Assembly (NCBI GenBank): GCA_041747555.1
Contig: JBGTEY010000013.1
Coordinates: 80,814-144,813 of the forward strand
Reading direction: 5' to 3'
DNA: 64,000 nt
Source of the DNA: Patescibacteria group bacterium
GTDB lineage: Bacteria; Patescibacteriota; Microgenomatia; UBA1400; PJMF01
Shown: positions 1 through 10,576 of the stretch, piece after piece
Position numbering within the stretch: the first letter of the stretch is position 1
Layout of the letters: each line of letters begins with the position of its first letter
Notes under the pieces: model-generated
What the model was told of the DNA's origin: nothing
The model's input: the letters and a program-made list of their open reading frames with translations, nothing else
Database searches by the model: none
Position numbers and translations under genes: made by a program

Positions 1-2
1 TG

Positions 3-785
3 CCCAAAAAGTTTAAGAAAGCTTCAAAGTCAGCAAACCCAACGTTTGAGGTTGTACGAAGTGAATCAAATTTGGGATTTACCGGTGGCAATAATTTAGG
101 AATTCATTACGCGATCGAAAAGTATAACTCAGAATATGTACTATTACTGAATAGCGACACAACTGTTGATTCAGGGCTCATCAAAAATCTTCTAGCATTT
201 GCAGAAGATCATCCACGTTTTGGCATTATTTCTCCAAAAATTTATTTTTCAAAAGGTGCTGAATATCACGAGACTTATGATAAAAAATTTCTCGGTTCAA
301 TTTTGTGGTATGCAGGTGGCAGTATCGATTGGCAGCATTTGGTCGCATTTCACCGCGGCGTAGATGAAGTGGATAGAGAACATTTTGATAGCGTAATAGA
401 GAGTGAGTTCGCAACAGGCTGTGGAATGCTAATTCGCAGAGAAGTGCTTGAGAAAGTGGGGCTTTTTGACAAACGTTTTTTCTTATACTTAGAAGATGTA
501 GACCTCTGCGTACGCGCAAAAAGTCTTGGCTATGCCATTGGATTTTGTCCTTCTGCAAAAATGTGGCATAAGAATGCGGGATCTTCTGATGGCGTTGGCA
601 ATGCAACGCAAACCTATTACCAAACACGAAATAGATTACTTTTTACGTTTAAACACGGTTCACTGGATGCCAAAATTCAGGCAATTAGAATTGCATTTTT
701 GCAACTCTTTTCTGGCTCTTCACATGCGCGGCTGGGAGTTTTTCACGCAGCTACCGCTCGCTTTGGCAAACAGCAGATTATCTAG
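3..785 (+). CDS. GT2 family glycosyltransferase (5'-partial)
   Basis: Frame is open from the window edge (PKKFKK...SNLGFTGGNN). Motifs NLGFTGGNN, LLLNSD, GCGMLIRREV, FFLYLEDVDLC are typical of WbbL/RfbF-like GT2. Confidence 0.9.
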   Translation, partial: PKKFKKASKSANPTFEVVRSESNLGFTGGNNLGIHYAIEKYNSEYVLLLNSDTTVDSGLIKNLLAFAEDHPRFGIISPKIYFSKGAEYHETYDKKFLGSILWYAGGSIDWQHLVAFHRGVDEVDREHFDSVIESEFATGCGMLIRREVLEKVGLFDKRFFLYLEDVDLCVRAKSLGYAIGFCPSAKMWHKNAGSSDGVGNATQTYYQTRNRLLFTFKHGSLDAKIQAIRIAFLQLFSGSSHARLGVFHAATARFGKQQII

Positions 786-838
786 TCACTTCCAAAATCA
801 AAACGTAGTACAATGACTCAAAAGAGTAGTTTCGTTAC

Positions 839-1657
839 ATGAAAAAACCCAGCATCACAGCCGTAATCATCGCGCAAAATGAAGCTAATATGATACAAAA
901 TTGTATCAATACGCTTCGGTGGTGTTCAGAAATTCTTGTCATCGACGATGGGTCAACAGATGATACTCCAAATATTGCTGAGAATGCGGGCGCACGCCTC
1001 GTGTCTTTCAAATCGTCATCATTTAAACGACTCAGAGAAGAAGCTCAAAAACATGTTCGCACGGAATGGATACTGTACATTGATGCAGACGAAAGAGTGC
1101 TTCCTACACTTGCCAAAGAAATACTCGTTTCCATCGAGACGAATGCTGCTTCTGCATTGAGCATGCGCCGTAAAAATATTCATTTTGGTGCCGAAATGGA
1201 GCATGGCGGATGGCAGAACGACTGGGTGACTCGTGTGTTTAAAACAGAATCGCTAAAAGGCTGGCACGGAGATATTCATGAAAGCCCAACTTTCGAAGGC
1301 GATGTAAAACAGCTCACGACCCGCCTTCTACACCTCAGCCATAGAAATACAATTTCAGGCCTCAAAAAGTCAATAGAGTGGACTCCTATGGAAGCGCAAC
1401 AAATATTTGAGGCGTCTACCGATCCTGTTTCATTTTCAACAATACTCCGCAAAGGTTTCATGGAATTTATTCGTCGAGGCATACTTGGAGCGGGACATAA
1501 AGACGGCACAGCAGGACTTGTTGAAGCATGCACCCAAGGAATTAATCGCATGTTGGTATATATGCAAGTTTGGGAGATGCAGCAGCAACCCTCACTGCCA
1601 GACCGATACAAAAAGTATGAGGACGCAGTTCATCAAGCCTGGAAAGAGAATGCATGA
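839..1657 (+). CDS. GT2 family glycosyltransferase (WaaE/KdtX-like)
   Basis: IIAQNEA, DDGSTDDT, YIDADE (DxD) and IHE motifs. Confidence 0.9.
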   Translation: MKKPSITAVIIAQNEANMIQNCINTLRWCSEILVIDDGSTDDTPNIAENAGARLVSFKSSSFKRLREEAQKHVRTEWILYIDADERVLPTLAKEILVSIETNAASALSMRRKNIHFGAEMEHGGWQNDWVTRVFKTESLKGWHGDIHESPTFEGDVKQLTTRLLHLSHRNTISGLKKSIEWTPMEAQQIFEASTDPVSFSTILRKGFMEFIRRGILGAGHKDGTAGLVEACTQGINRMLVYMQVWEMQQQPSLPDRYKKYEDAVHQAWKENA

Positions 1658-2757
1658 AGCTGTGCTTTTACTCTCCCTATCTCACCAATGAGCATATGGG
1701 GGGAGGGGAGAAGCATCTTTTCGATACTGCTCGGATTGCTGCAAAACACCATCAAGTATTTATTGCGGTTACTCCACTGAATACCTCTCTCGACACAACT
1801 TGGTTACTAAATTTAAAGCAAAAATACGAGAAATTCTTTGGATTTGATCTTTCAAAAGTAGAATTTATATTTTCACCAATCAACTCCTCTACACATTTTA
1901 TTAATAAATTACTTTGGACAGGCACATTCGATGGTTTGTATTATGTGACTGATGGCTCTTTATTTTTTAGTATTGCCAAGAAAAATTATGTTCATTTTCA
2001 AATTCCACTCAAACCGCATTCACATTCAGCGTTAGAACGACTTAAAGTTAGAAACTGGCAGAAAAAAAATGCCAATTCTGAATTTACCAAACACTTCATT
2101 GAAAAAGTATGGAATACAAACGTGCAAACTGTTCATTATCCTTTGGTTTCGCTTGATGAATTTTCTACCAAACCTCTCAAGAAAAATATAATTCTGCACG
2201 TTGGACGATTTTTTCGTCAGCTACACTCTAAGCGCCAAGACGTCCTTGTTGAAATGTTTCGCGAACTTATAAAAAGAAAATCGCTTAGAGCTCTCAATCT
2301 AGAACTCCATTTTGTAGGAGCAATTGAAGATCATGACTACTATAATAAGATTGTTACCATGGCGAAAAATCTTCCAGTCCGATTTCACACAACCAGCAAT
2401 CGTCAAGATTTACTCAAACTCTACAACGCTGCAAAAGTATACTGGCATGCCACTGGGTACGAGGTCGATCAACATATTCACCCAGAAAAAGTTGAGCACT
2501 TTGGCATAAGTACCATAGAGGCTATGGCTGCAGGTGCCGTGCCAGTTGTCCACGCCAAAGGTGGACAAATTGAAGTTCTTTCATCTACCACTCCCGACTT
2601 ACTGTGGAAAACGACAATAACTGCACTCGATATGACAGAAAAGTTACTTATCTCTGAGACAATGTATAAAAAATATCAAATACTAGCCAAACGTCGAGCA
2701 CAAGACTTTGGGATGAATAATTTTGAAACACGTACAGAGAGACTATTTGGGACGTAA
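1654..2757 (+). CDS. GT4 family glycosyltransferase
   Basis: GGGEKH N-terminal motif, HVGRFF, EHFGISTIEAMAAG (Ex7E); ATGA overlap with the upstream gene. Confidence 0.9.
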   Translation: MKLCFYSPYLTNEHMGGGEKHLFDTARIAAKHHQVFIAVTPLNTSLDTTWLLNLKQKYEKFFGFDLSKVEFIFSPINSSTHFINKLLWTGTFDGLYYVTDGSLFFSIAKKNYVHFQIPLKPHSHSALERLKVRNWQKKNANSEFTKHFIEKVWNTNVQTVHYPLVSLDEFSTKPLKKNIILHVGRFFRQLHSKRQDVLVEMFRELIKRKSLRALNLELHFVGAIEDHDYYNKIVTMAKNLPVRFHTTSNRQDLLKLYNAAKVYWHATGYEVDQHIHPEKVEHFGISTIEAMAAGAVPVVHAKGGQIEVLSSTTPDLLWKTTITALDMTEKLLISETMYKKYQILAKRRAQDFGMNNFETRTERLFGT

Positions 2758-2761
2758 GACT

Positions 2762-3619
2762 ATGAGCTCACCCGTTTCAATAATTATTCCAACCTTTAAT
2801 GGCAAGCATCTCTTAGAGAAGCATCTGCCCTCCGTGGAAGCCGCAGCGCGTAATGGTGATGAAATCGTAATTATCGATGATGCAAGCAAAGATACTACAG
2901 CAGCGTGGTTAATCGAAACGTATCGCCTGTCGCCAGAAGGCGACTCCGAATATCAAGGTCTCATTAGAAAAGGCAAAAAAAATATTGTGATCCGGCTGTT
3001 ACAGAATCGAAAGAATCTTCGATTTGGCGCATCGGTGAATTACGCAGTAGAACAGTGCTTTAATGATGTTTTTCTTCTCCTAAATAACGATGTTGAGCCA
3101 AAAGCAGACGTTCTCACCTATCTCCTACCACATTTCGAGCGACATGATGTCTTTGCCGTCGGTTGTTTGGAGTATGAATCTCATGAGCATATCAATGCTT
3201 CGGGGAAAAGTGAATTGTGGTTTGAACGAGGTTTGTTTCAGCATCGCAAGGCAGACACAGTTCATATGGGCAAAACTGCCTGGGTAGCAGGGGGGAGTGG
3301 ATTATTTTCACGCAAGAAATGGCAAGAACTTGGAGGTTTTGACCCGATTTTTTATCCAGCGTATTGGGAAGATATTGATATTTCTCACCGTGCCAGAAAA
3401 AAAGGCTGGAGGGTGCTTTTTGAACCCAAAGCTATTGTGTACCACCTTCATGAATCCACAAATAAGCCAGTGTTTGGCGATAATTCAATGATTAAAATGA
3501 GCTGGAAAAACGCAGATACCTTCACCTGGAAACATGCAAATTATTGGCAAAAAGTACAGTATTTACTTTGGAGGCCGTTTTGGCTTTTGAAGCGACACCA
3601 AGCAACAATAAACACTTGA
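2762..3619 (+). CDS. GT2 family glycosyltransferase
   Basis: VSIIIPTFNG, IDDAS, LLNND, YWEDIDIS. Start moved from 2723 to the ATG at 2762, just after the upstream stop. Confidence 0.9.
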   Translation: MSSPVSIIIPTFNGKHLLEKHLPSVEAAARNGDEIVIIDDASKDTTAAWLIETYRLSPEGDSEYQGLIRKGKKNIVIRLLQNRKNLRFGASVNYAVEQCFNDVFLLLNNDVEPKADVLTYLLPHFERHDVFAVGCLEYESHEHINASGKSELWFERGLFQHRKADTVHMGKTAWVAGGSGLFSRKKWQELGGFDPIFYPAYWEDIDISHRARKKGWRVLFEPKAIVYHLHESTNKPVFGDNSMIKMSWKNADTFTWKHANYWQKVQYLLWRPFWLLKRHQATINT

Positions 3620-3646
3620 GGGTTGTTCTACTGGCCAGCTCTTGAG

Positions 3647-3652
3647 TAGGAT
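3647..3652 (+). promoter_or_regulatory. Putative -10 hexamer (TAGGAT) of a leaderless promoter
   Basis: TANNNT 6 nt before the ATG at 3659; TTGTTC at 3623-3628 could serve as -35 (18-nt spacer). Confidence 0.4.
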
Positions 3653-3658
3653 AAGAAG

Positions 3659-5281
3659 ATGAATAAAAAAGTAATTATCGGAGTATTGCTGTTAATTGCG
3701 GTTTTAACTCGCGGCTATCAACTCGGTGCTGTTCCACATGGAATGACTTGGGACGAGGCTGCAATCGGGTACAACGGTCATGCTGTTGTAACAACTCGAC
3801 ATGACGAGTGGCTAGAGCGACTACCGATTTCTTTTCAATCATTTGGTGATTACAAAGCGCCTGCTGCAATTTATTTGAATGGACTATTTACGTTCATTTT
3901 TGGAATGAATCTTTTTGCGGTGAGATTACCGTTTTTTTTGGCGGGAATTGTGGCAATTTTAGGATTTGGTTACTTGGGTCAATTACTGGATAGGGAAAGC
4001 AATCTGCAGACTCCGCTTTTGCTTGGTTTTTTGATGGTTTTTTCACCGTGGCACACTCATTTTTCTCGAGTTGGATTTGAATCGGGATTGGCACTTTCGA
4101 TGGTAATTAGCGCTGTATGTTTATTTTTACTGTGGACTCAAACAAAAGTAAACAACAAGATCTATTGGGCAACCTTACTGGGTTCAATTCTTTTTGCGGT
4201 TGGTTCTCTGTACACGTACCACAGTGCCAAAATAGTAGCTCCGCTACTTTTTATTTTTTTAGCTTGGCATTTCAGAAAAAAATTCTCCGCAACAACGTTT
4301 GTGACAAGCTCTGTAGTTGCGATAGGCCTCACATATCCACTTCTACTAGATTCTTTCATGGGTCAGGGCTTGCAGCGAGCGAGCTCGACTGTATTTGCGA
4401 CACATGATTTTTTTGATGCTGTGCTACTCACTGGAACACAATTTTTGCACTATCTCCATCCAGAATTTATACTTGGTGGAACGGTTGACTCACTGAGGCA
4501 TGGTGACGGGGTTTGGGGCGTATTACTTCCTACAAGTGGATTGCTTTTTTATATAGGTATTTTCAGAGCTGCATTCAGAGTAGTAAGGATGTGGTTTACG
4601 CCAACTGCAGATAAACATGCTCACGAGTTCTTAGATATGCTGGGACTTGTTTGGACAAGTGTTGGATTGTTACCAGCTGCTATTGGAGATGTTCCTTTTC
4701 ATAGTAATCGCGCGCTACTCGCACTGCCTGGGATGCTTCTCTTAGTATTTAGCGGCTTGCGCTATTTATTAGAGCAAGGAGAAAAACTATCAATCGCGAA
4801 AAAAATCCGTGGATCACATGGAGAAAAATATATTCTCAGAAAAGCAATACTTGGCTCATTTATCATGCTCCATTTCATGTTCTATACCCAATATCTTTCA
4901 CATTATTTCTTATCGTATGCGTCTAACACCGCAGATGCATATTCGGATGGATATATCGAAGCATTTGAAATTGCAGAGCAGTACGAAAAAGGCTTGGATA
5001 ACGCACCAGAAGTACAAAAAATAATTTTTACCAGCCAATATGGACAGCCCTATATTTATGCACTCTTCGTGAGAGAAACAAATCCTATTTGGTATAGAGG
5101 TGGTTCACTGAGTAAATATGAATTTACAGAAAATATCACCGCTGGTGATCTTTCTAGAGAATCGGCCCTGATAGTGTCGACACCACAAAATGAGTTGCCT
5201 CCCGATGAAGCTGATCACATCGTCTACGGAAGTGACGGTCAGCCAAGATTTTTGATATATGTCACCGAAGGCTCGCAATGA
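3659..5281 (+). CDS. GT-C membrane glycosyltransferase (ArnT/PMT_2-like, GT39/GT83)
   Basis: Many TM segments; first-loop acidic motif WDEAAIGY; SFGDYK, VRLP, FSR, YTYH; soluble C-terminal domain. Confidence 0.85.
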   Translation: MNKKVIIGVLLLIAVLTRGYQLGAVPHGMTWDEAAIGYNGHAVVTTRHDEWLERLPISFQSFGDYKAPAAIYLNGLFTFIFGMNLFAVRLPFFLAGIVAILGFGYLGQLLDRESNLQTPLLLGFLMVFSPWHTHFSRVGFESGLALSMVISAVCLFLLWTQTKVNNKIYWATLLGSILFAVGSLYTYHSAKIVAPLLFIFLAWHFRKKFSATTFVTSSVVAIGLTYPLLLDSFMGQGLQRASSTVFATHDFFDAVLLTGTQFLHYLHPEFILGGTVDSLRHGDGVWGVLLPTSGLLFYIGIFRAAFRVVRMWFTPTADKHAHEFLDMLGLVWTSVGLLPAAIGDVPFHSNRALLALPGMLLLVFSGLRYLLEQGEKLSIAKKIRGSHGEKYILRKAILGSFIMLHFMFYTQYLSHYFLSYASNTADAYSDGYIEAFEIAEQYEKGLDNAPEVQKIIFTSQYGQPYIYALFVRETNPIWYRGGSLSKYEFTENITAGDLSRESALIVSTPQNELPPDEADHIVYGSDGQPRFLIYVTEGSQ

Positions 5282-6948
5282 AAAAAAATAGTGTCATATT
5301 TCTTTTTGCGGTAATTGCAGTCTTAGCAATCTGGACACGACTCTCTCAACTTGATTCGCTACCAATTGCCCCATATTGGGAAGAGGCAGCACTTGGGTAC
5401 GATGCATATTCGCTATTAAAAACCGGCAAAGATCATCATGGAAATCCCTGGCCAATACTCGCGATAGAGTCGTTTGGAGATTGGAAACCGTCAGGATATT
5501 TTTATGCGGCTATACCATCTATTGCTCTGTTCGATCTCACGGTATTTGCGGTTCGATTGCCATCAGCTATTGCTGGATTAGCAATCATTGCTGGAGTGGG
5601 AGTGCTTGCATATCAACTGAAAGGAAATGCATTGCTTGCCGTTTTTTTGACCACAATCTCACCGTGGGCAATCTTATTTTCGCGCGCTGCTTGGGAAGTG
5701 AATGTGTCAACGGCATTGATTTTGTGGGGAGTTATCTTTTCTTTAAAATCAATGAAATCATCAAGGCGTCGGCAAATATATCTTTTCTCATCGGTTATTC
5801 TATTTATCTTTTCAATCTACACGTATCATGCCACGAGGGTAATTGCTCCATTGTTGTTGGGTTCGTTAATTCTTTATCAATTGTTTGACGCAAAAAATAA
5901 ACAATCTGCAACTTTTAGGATTTTGCCTTCTGCGATTTTATTTATGGCGCTATTTCTGCCGTTACTTATAGCTGTAAAAAATCCACAAGTATCACAACGT
6001 TTTCAAGAAACGAGCATTTTTTCAGACTTAGATATCATCGTTGAAAGCAACGAGCGACGCGAACGCGCAGACTACTCACTGGTATCAACGGTTTTATATA
6101 ATCGGTATGCACTGTTTGGAAGAGAAATTCTAAATAACGCACTTGATCATCTCAATCCTCAATTCCTCTTTATTTCTGGAGATGAAAACCCAAGGCATTC
6201 CACAGGTCTATTTGGGCTGTTGTATCATTTTGAAATAGTATTTTTAATCATCGGGTTTATATACATCTTAATCCAGGGATCTACAAAGCAGCGATTTTTA
6301 TTGATATGGATACTAATCACCCTCATTCCGGTTTCACTCTCCAAAGCCACTCCGCACGCACTTCGTTTTCTACCAGCACTCCCCGCAGTGATACTACTTT
6401 CGCACTTTGGAATTATTAAACTACTATCATGGATTGAACACACATTTTCACAACTTGAGAAGCTTCCTGTCAAAAATCTTGCATTGCTCTGCCTGGTAGG
6501 GCTCTACACAGCCTCATTTTCGGTTTTTTGGAGACACTATAGCACTACATATCGTATTAAAACCGCCTCTGAATGGCAGTATGGATATGAAGAATTAATG
6601 ACTGTGGTACATGACTATCGAAAGAGTGATCAAACAGCGCAGATTGCTATTTCTAGAAAATATGGTCGACCAGCAATGTACTATTGGTTTTTCACAAAAG
6701 CGAATCCTACAGATGTTCAAAATGCAGAAACTAGCGCGCCAATGGATCAAGGAGAGTTTTTAGCATATCAAAACTTATACTTTTTTACTGAAATTAAAGA
6801 TCTAGAAAACGTTCAGCCATCACTCATTGCAGTCACACCAGCTGAACGTCCCATGATTGAAAACGAATATCGTGAAATTCATCAAATAGTATCCCCAACG
6901 GGAGAAATCATTTGGAACATATTTGAACACAAAGATCTATCACTATGA
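5278..6948 (+). CDS. GT-C membrane glycosyltransferase (ArnT/PMT_2-like), paralog 2
   Basis: WEEAALGYDAYS, SFGDWK, VRLPSA, FSRAAWE, YTYH, GDENPRH, PHALR, WQYGY. Confidence 0.85.
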   Translation: MKKNSVIFLFAVIAVLAIWTRLSQLDSLPIAPYWEEAALGYDAYSLLKTGKDHHGNPWPILAIESFGDWKPSGYFYAAIPSIALFDLTVFAVRLPSAIAGLAIIAGVGVLAYQLKGNALLAVFLTTISPWAILFSRAAWEVNVSTALILWGVIFSLKSMKSSRRRQIYLFSSVILFIFSIYTYHATRVIAPLLLGSLILYQLFDAKNKQSATFRILPSAILFMALFLPLLIAVKNPQVSQRFQETSIFSDLDIIVESNERRERADYSLVSTVLYNRYALFGREILNNALDHLNPQFLFISGDENPRHSTGLFGLLYHFEIVFLIIGFIYILIQGSTKQRFLLIWILITLIPVSLSKATPHALRFLPALPAVILLSHFGIIKLLSWIEHTFSQLEKLPVKNLALLCLVGLYTASFSVFWRHYSTTYRIKTASEWQYGYEELMTVVHDYRKSDQTAQIAISRKYGRPAMYYWFFTKANPTDVQNAETSAPMDQGEFLAYQNLYFFTEIKDLENVQPSLIAVTPAERPMIENEYREIHQIVSPTGEIIWNIFEHKDLSL

Positions 6949-8699
6949 AGTCCATGCTGACCAAACTAACTCTTTTTATGTGGTTGATAATTCTGTTTGG
7001 CGCAGCTTTAAGAGTTTATATTTTCACTCACAATCAACTTGATTTTTATTGGGATGAGGTTGCGATGCTGGTGGATGTGAGATCAATCCTAGAGTCAGGG
7101 ACTGACATGCATGGAACAGCATGGTATCAGACCATATTTCCTTCATATGGTGATTTTAAGCTCCCACTGTATATTTGGGTAGCGAGCGCAATTGGTTCGA
7201 TCGTTGGTTTTTCACTAAACCTAATTAGACTTCCCAACTTACTAGTGGGAATACTCATGATTCCGTTAGTAGCATTATTTGCAAAAACTTTGGTAAGCAC
7301 TGAAGAAAATGCAAAGAAGCACAACTCTCACTTCGCTCAACTTGCAGGAATTTGGACTGCAATTACCATTGCTAGTGCTCCGTGGGCAGTCCATTTTTCT
7401 GTAACCGGATTTGAATCACACCTTGGGCAATTTTTGATCACTGTTGGGCTTTTTATACTTATCTCAAAAAAAATTAGATGGTCATTACCCATTGCTGCAC
7501 TCTTTGGAGTGCTCGGGGTTTATAGCTACTACGCGTATCGATATATTTTTCTGGCATTACTGGTACTTGGCACATTTTACAAACTTTGGACGACAAGCGT
7601 TTCAGGTTTGGACCAAAAAAAATCAAGCAGAAAAACAAAAACAGGTATTTTAATAGATCTCGCCATAGGCGGAATCTTAGCGGTGACGCTATTTACCACC
7701 GGATTGCAACCTCTTCTAAAGTCTCCCTGGTACAGCAGCTTTGAACAAGTCCGGTTGAGTGCTGACTCTAATTTGTCTATCGAACCATTTGTCCACCAAG
7801 CAAATGAATTACGGATGAATGCAGGTAATACTATTTCAGACCGATTCTTATTTCACCCTCAAATGCTTCGGGGTATAAGCATATACTCAAACGTCCTATC
7901 ACACCTTGATCTACAATATCTATTTTCATCTGGAGATAGCAACCCAAGACATGGACCGCCCGCATTTGGATTGTTTCCATTATTTTTATTACCACTTCTG
8001 ATTATTGGACTCTACTCAGGATATAAGCGGGCACCCAAAGCACTGCTTTTCTTGCTCGGTTGGTGGTTATTAAGTGTGATTCCCGCATCAATTCCGCTTG
8101 AATCTCCTCATGCACTTCGATCACTCGGCGCACTGGCTCCACTTACTATACTGTTCGGAATTGGAGGGGCAGAGAGCACCGTTTGGTTGCAATCATTCAA
8201 CAAGAAACAATTCTTCAAAAAATTCTTTAATCAACTACCATCCCACACATCCAGCCTGTTGGCACTCATTTTTGTAGTAGGCGTGCTGACTGCGCACGGC
8301 GGACAACTCGCTCAGTATTACACCACATACTATCGATATGATGCCGGGAAGGCATGGCAAGCGGGGTATTCAGAACTAGCTCTGGCTGCTTTAGAGTTGC
8401 AAGACAATGACGTTCCCATCTTTCTCGTGCCTTCTGATGATCGCTTTTATTTGTGGCTGTTACTTCATAGTTCCAAACCTGTTTCAAAGCACACACCACT
8501 TTTAACAGAAAACTTTAGAACATCGAGTTTGCCAAATATCTCTATAGTAAACGAAATGACCGATTCGCCTGACGCATACTGGCTCGCAACGACAATAGAA
8601 ATGAAACCAGATATCCTCAGTGACCAACTGATTGCAGCAAAAGTAATAGCTGATAGTTGTGAGATAGAGCGTTTTACACTTTACAAAATACAAAAATAG
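6945..8699 (+). CDS. GT-C membrane glycosyltransferase (ArnT/PMT_2-like), paralog 3
   Basis: WDEVAML, SYGDFK, IRLP, GDSNPRH, PHALRS, WQAGY; many TM segments. Confidence 0.85.
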   Translation: MKSMLTKLTLFMWLIILFGAALRVYIFTHNQLDFYWDEVAMLVDVRSILESGTDMHGTAWYQTIFPSYGDFKLPLYIWVASAIGSIVGFSLNLIRLPNLLVGILMIPLVALFAKTLVSTEENAKKHNSHFAQLAGIWTAITIASAPWAVHFSVTGFESHLGQFLITVGLFILISKKIRWSLPIAALFGVLGVYSYYAYRYIFLALLVLGTFYKLWTTSVSGLDQKKSSRKTKTGILIDLAIGGILAVTLFTTGLQPLLKSPWYSSFEQVRLSADSNLSIEPFVHQANELRMNAGNTISDRFLFHPQMLRGISIYSNVLSHLDLQYLFSSGDSNPRHGPPAFGLFPLFLLPLLIIGLYSGYKRAPKALLFLLGWWLLSVIPASIPLESPHALRSLGALAPLTILFGIGGAESTVWLQSFNKKQFFKKFFNQLPSHTSSLLALIFVVGVLTAHGGQLAQYYTTYYRYDAGKAWQAGYSELALAALELQDNDVPIFLVPSDDRFYLWLLLHSSKPVSKHTPLLTENFRTSSLPNISIVNEMTDSPDAYWLATTIEMKPDILSDQLIAAKVIADSCEIERFTLYKIQK

Positions 8700-8732
8700 T
8701 CTGAATCATTCGCTCATTTGACTAAAAAGAGT

Positions 8733-8738
8733 TACAAT
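8733..8738 (+). promoter_or_regulatory. Putative -10 hexamer (TACAAT), leaderless start
   Basis: TACAAT lies 7 nt before the ATG at 8746 and no SD is present. Confidence 0.55.
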
Positions 8739-8745
8739 ACAAAAC

Positions 8746-9537
8746 ATGATATCAGTTGTCCTGGCTACCCATAATGAAGAGGCGAATATCGTTCGCACTC
8801 TGAAATCTGTCAAATCATTTGCAGACGAAATTATTGTTGCTGATGGAGAATCAACAGATACTACCGTCGAGCTCGCAAAGAAGCACGGTGCCAAAGTCTT
8901 CTCAGTCAAAAATCACCCTATTTTTCACGTTAACAAACAGCTTGCAATGGACAAAGCAAAAGGCACTTTAGTATTGCAACTAGACGCTGATGAAGTCCTT
9001 GATGACGAACTTGTGAAATATATTGAACAAATTGAAAAAGAATATTCCAATACTACGAAGCCAATCAAAGATCGTCCAGTAGCATGGTACATAAAAAGAA
9101 AAAATTTCTTCCTCGGCAAATTTCTCAAAAAAGGCGGGCAGTATCCAGATCCAGTCATTCGTCTCTACATAAATGGATACGCAAAACTCCCTCAAAAAAG
9201 TGTGCACGAACAAATGACGGTCGATGGAATTGTTGCTACTGCAGAGGGTCATTTGCTACATTATAGTAATCCAACATTTACCGATTACTTGAGAAAATGG
9301 AATACTTATACTTCGCTATCTGCAAGTGAGTTGCATATGCAAATGAATTGCATTTCTGTAAAATTGTTTTGGGAAATGGTAATTTGGAAGCCACTAGTCA
9401 CGTTCCTGTCACTCTTTATCCGACATAAAGGATTTGTTGATGGATTTGCTGGATTTGTATTTGCGCTAATGAGTGCGTTACATTTTCCAGCTGCATTTAT
9501 AAAAGTATGGGAATTATGCAATGCGCGTACTACTTGA
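8746..9537 (+). CDS. GT2 family glycosyltransferase (WaaE/KdtX-like)
   Basis: THNEE, DGESTDTT, LDADE, GGQYPD, VHE. Confidence 0.9.
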   Translation: MISVVLATHNEEANIVRTLKSVKSFADEIIVADGESTDTTVELAKKHGAKVFSVKNHPIFHVNKQLAMDKAKGTLVLQLDADEVLDDELVKYIEQIEKEYSNTTKPIKDRPVAWYIKRKNFFLGKFLKKGGQYPDPVIRLYINGYAKLPQKSVHEQMTVDGIVATAEGHLLHYSNPTFTDYLRKWNTYTSLSASELHMQMNCISVKLFWEMVIWKPLVTFLSLFIRHKGFVDGFAGFVFALMSALHFPAAFIKVWELCNARTT

Positions 9538-10576
9538 TACCTCACCCATTAACACCGCGCACGGTATTCGGGGCATTGGCGTGTACACGCGAACCTTAGC
9601 GGAACATCTTGAAGAACTCGAAGGTGTTGAGTTGATCCGCTCCGCAACACTTCATAAAGGAGAGAAGCCAAAAGTCGATATTATTCATTATCCGTTTTAT
9701 GATTTCTTTTTTACGACACTTCCACTTCGACGCGCTGCGCCAACAGTCGTGACAATTCACGATGTCGTACCACTCAAATATCCAGAAGAATATCCAGCGG
9801 GGATTAAGGGCACAATTCGAGCAAAGGTTCAAAACTATAGTTTGGCAAGTGTTGACGCTATCATTACCGATTCAATGCACTCTAAAAATGACATTATTTC
9901 ATATTTAAATGTCCCTGCTGAAAAAATTCACGTTGTTCAGCTCGCGGCAAATCCCTCTATAAAAGAAGCGACACCGAAAGTGATTTCTATGGTGCGACGC
10001 GACCACAATCTTCCCAAAAAATATATACTATATGTCGGAGATATTAATTTTAATAAAAATATTCCTCAGCTTATCAAATCTGTGAAATACTTGCCACACA
10101 ACGTACATTTAGTCTGTTTGGGTAAGAATTTTAAACCTCAAGACATTCCTGAATGGAAGCTCATCGAGCAACAAATTGCACTTTCTAATGTTCGTGACAG
10201 GGTGCATTTTGTATCTACTGTATTGAGCGAAGCAAATGAAGAACTTTCTGCGTTATATAGTGGGTCACTCGCGTACATTCAGCCATCAATTGACGAAGGT
10301 TTTGGTTTGCCCGTACTAGAAGCTATGATGTGCAAAACGCCTGTTGTATGCACAAAATTAGGCTCGTTACCCGAAGTTGCAGGTACGTATGCATTTTTTA
10401 GTGACGATGCTTCTGCAGAATCACTCGCTGAGACAATTGAAGATGCGCTTTCTATGAGCAAGACTGAGAGAGAAGCATATGTCCAAACAGCATTTAACTG
10501 GGCAAAGCAATTTAGCTGGCATAAAACTGCGCTCGATACAAAAGCAGTATATCAAAAGGTAATCGACAAAAAATAA
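9521..10576 (+). CDS. GT4 family glycosyltransferase (WbdA/MtfB mannosyltransferase-like)
   Basis: RGIGVYT, VTIHD, KNIPQL, DEGFGLPVLEAM. Confidence 0.9.
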   Translation: MRVLLDTSPINTAHGIRGIGVYTRTLAEHLEELEGVELIRSATLHKGEKPKVDIIHYPFYDFFFTTLPLRRAAPTVVTIHDVVPLKYPEEYPAGIKGTIRAKVQNYSLASVDAIITDSMHSKNDIISYLNVPAEKIHVVQLAANPSIKEATPKVISMVRRDHNLPKKYILYVGDINFNKNIPQLIKSVKYLPHNVHLVCLGKNFKPQDIPEWKLIEQQIALSNVRDRVHFVSTVLSEANEELSALYSGSLAYIQPSIDEGFGLPVLEAMMCKTPVVCTKLGSLPEVAGTYAFFSDDASAESLAETIEDALSMSKTEREAYVQTAFNWAKQFSWHKTALDTKAVYQKVIDKK

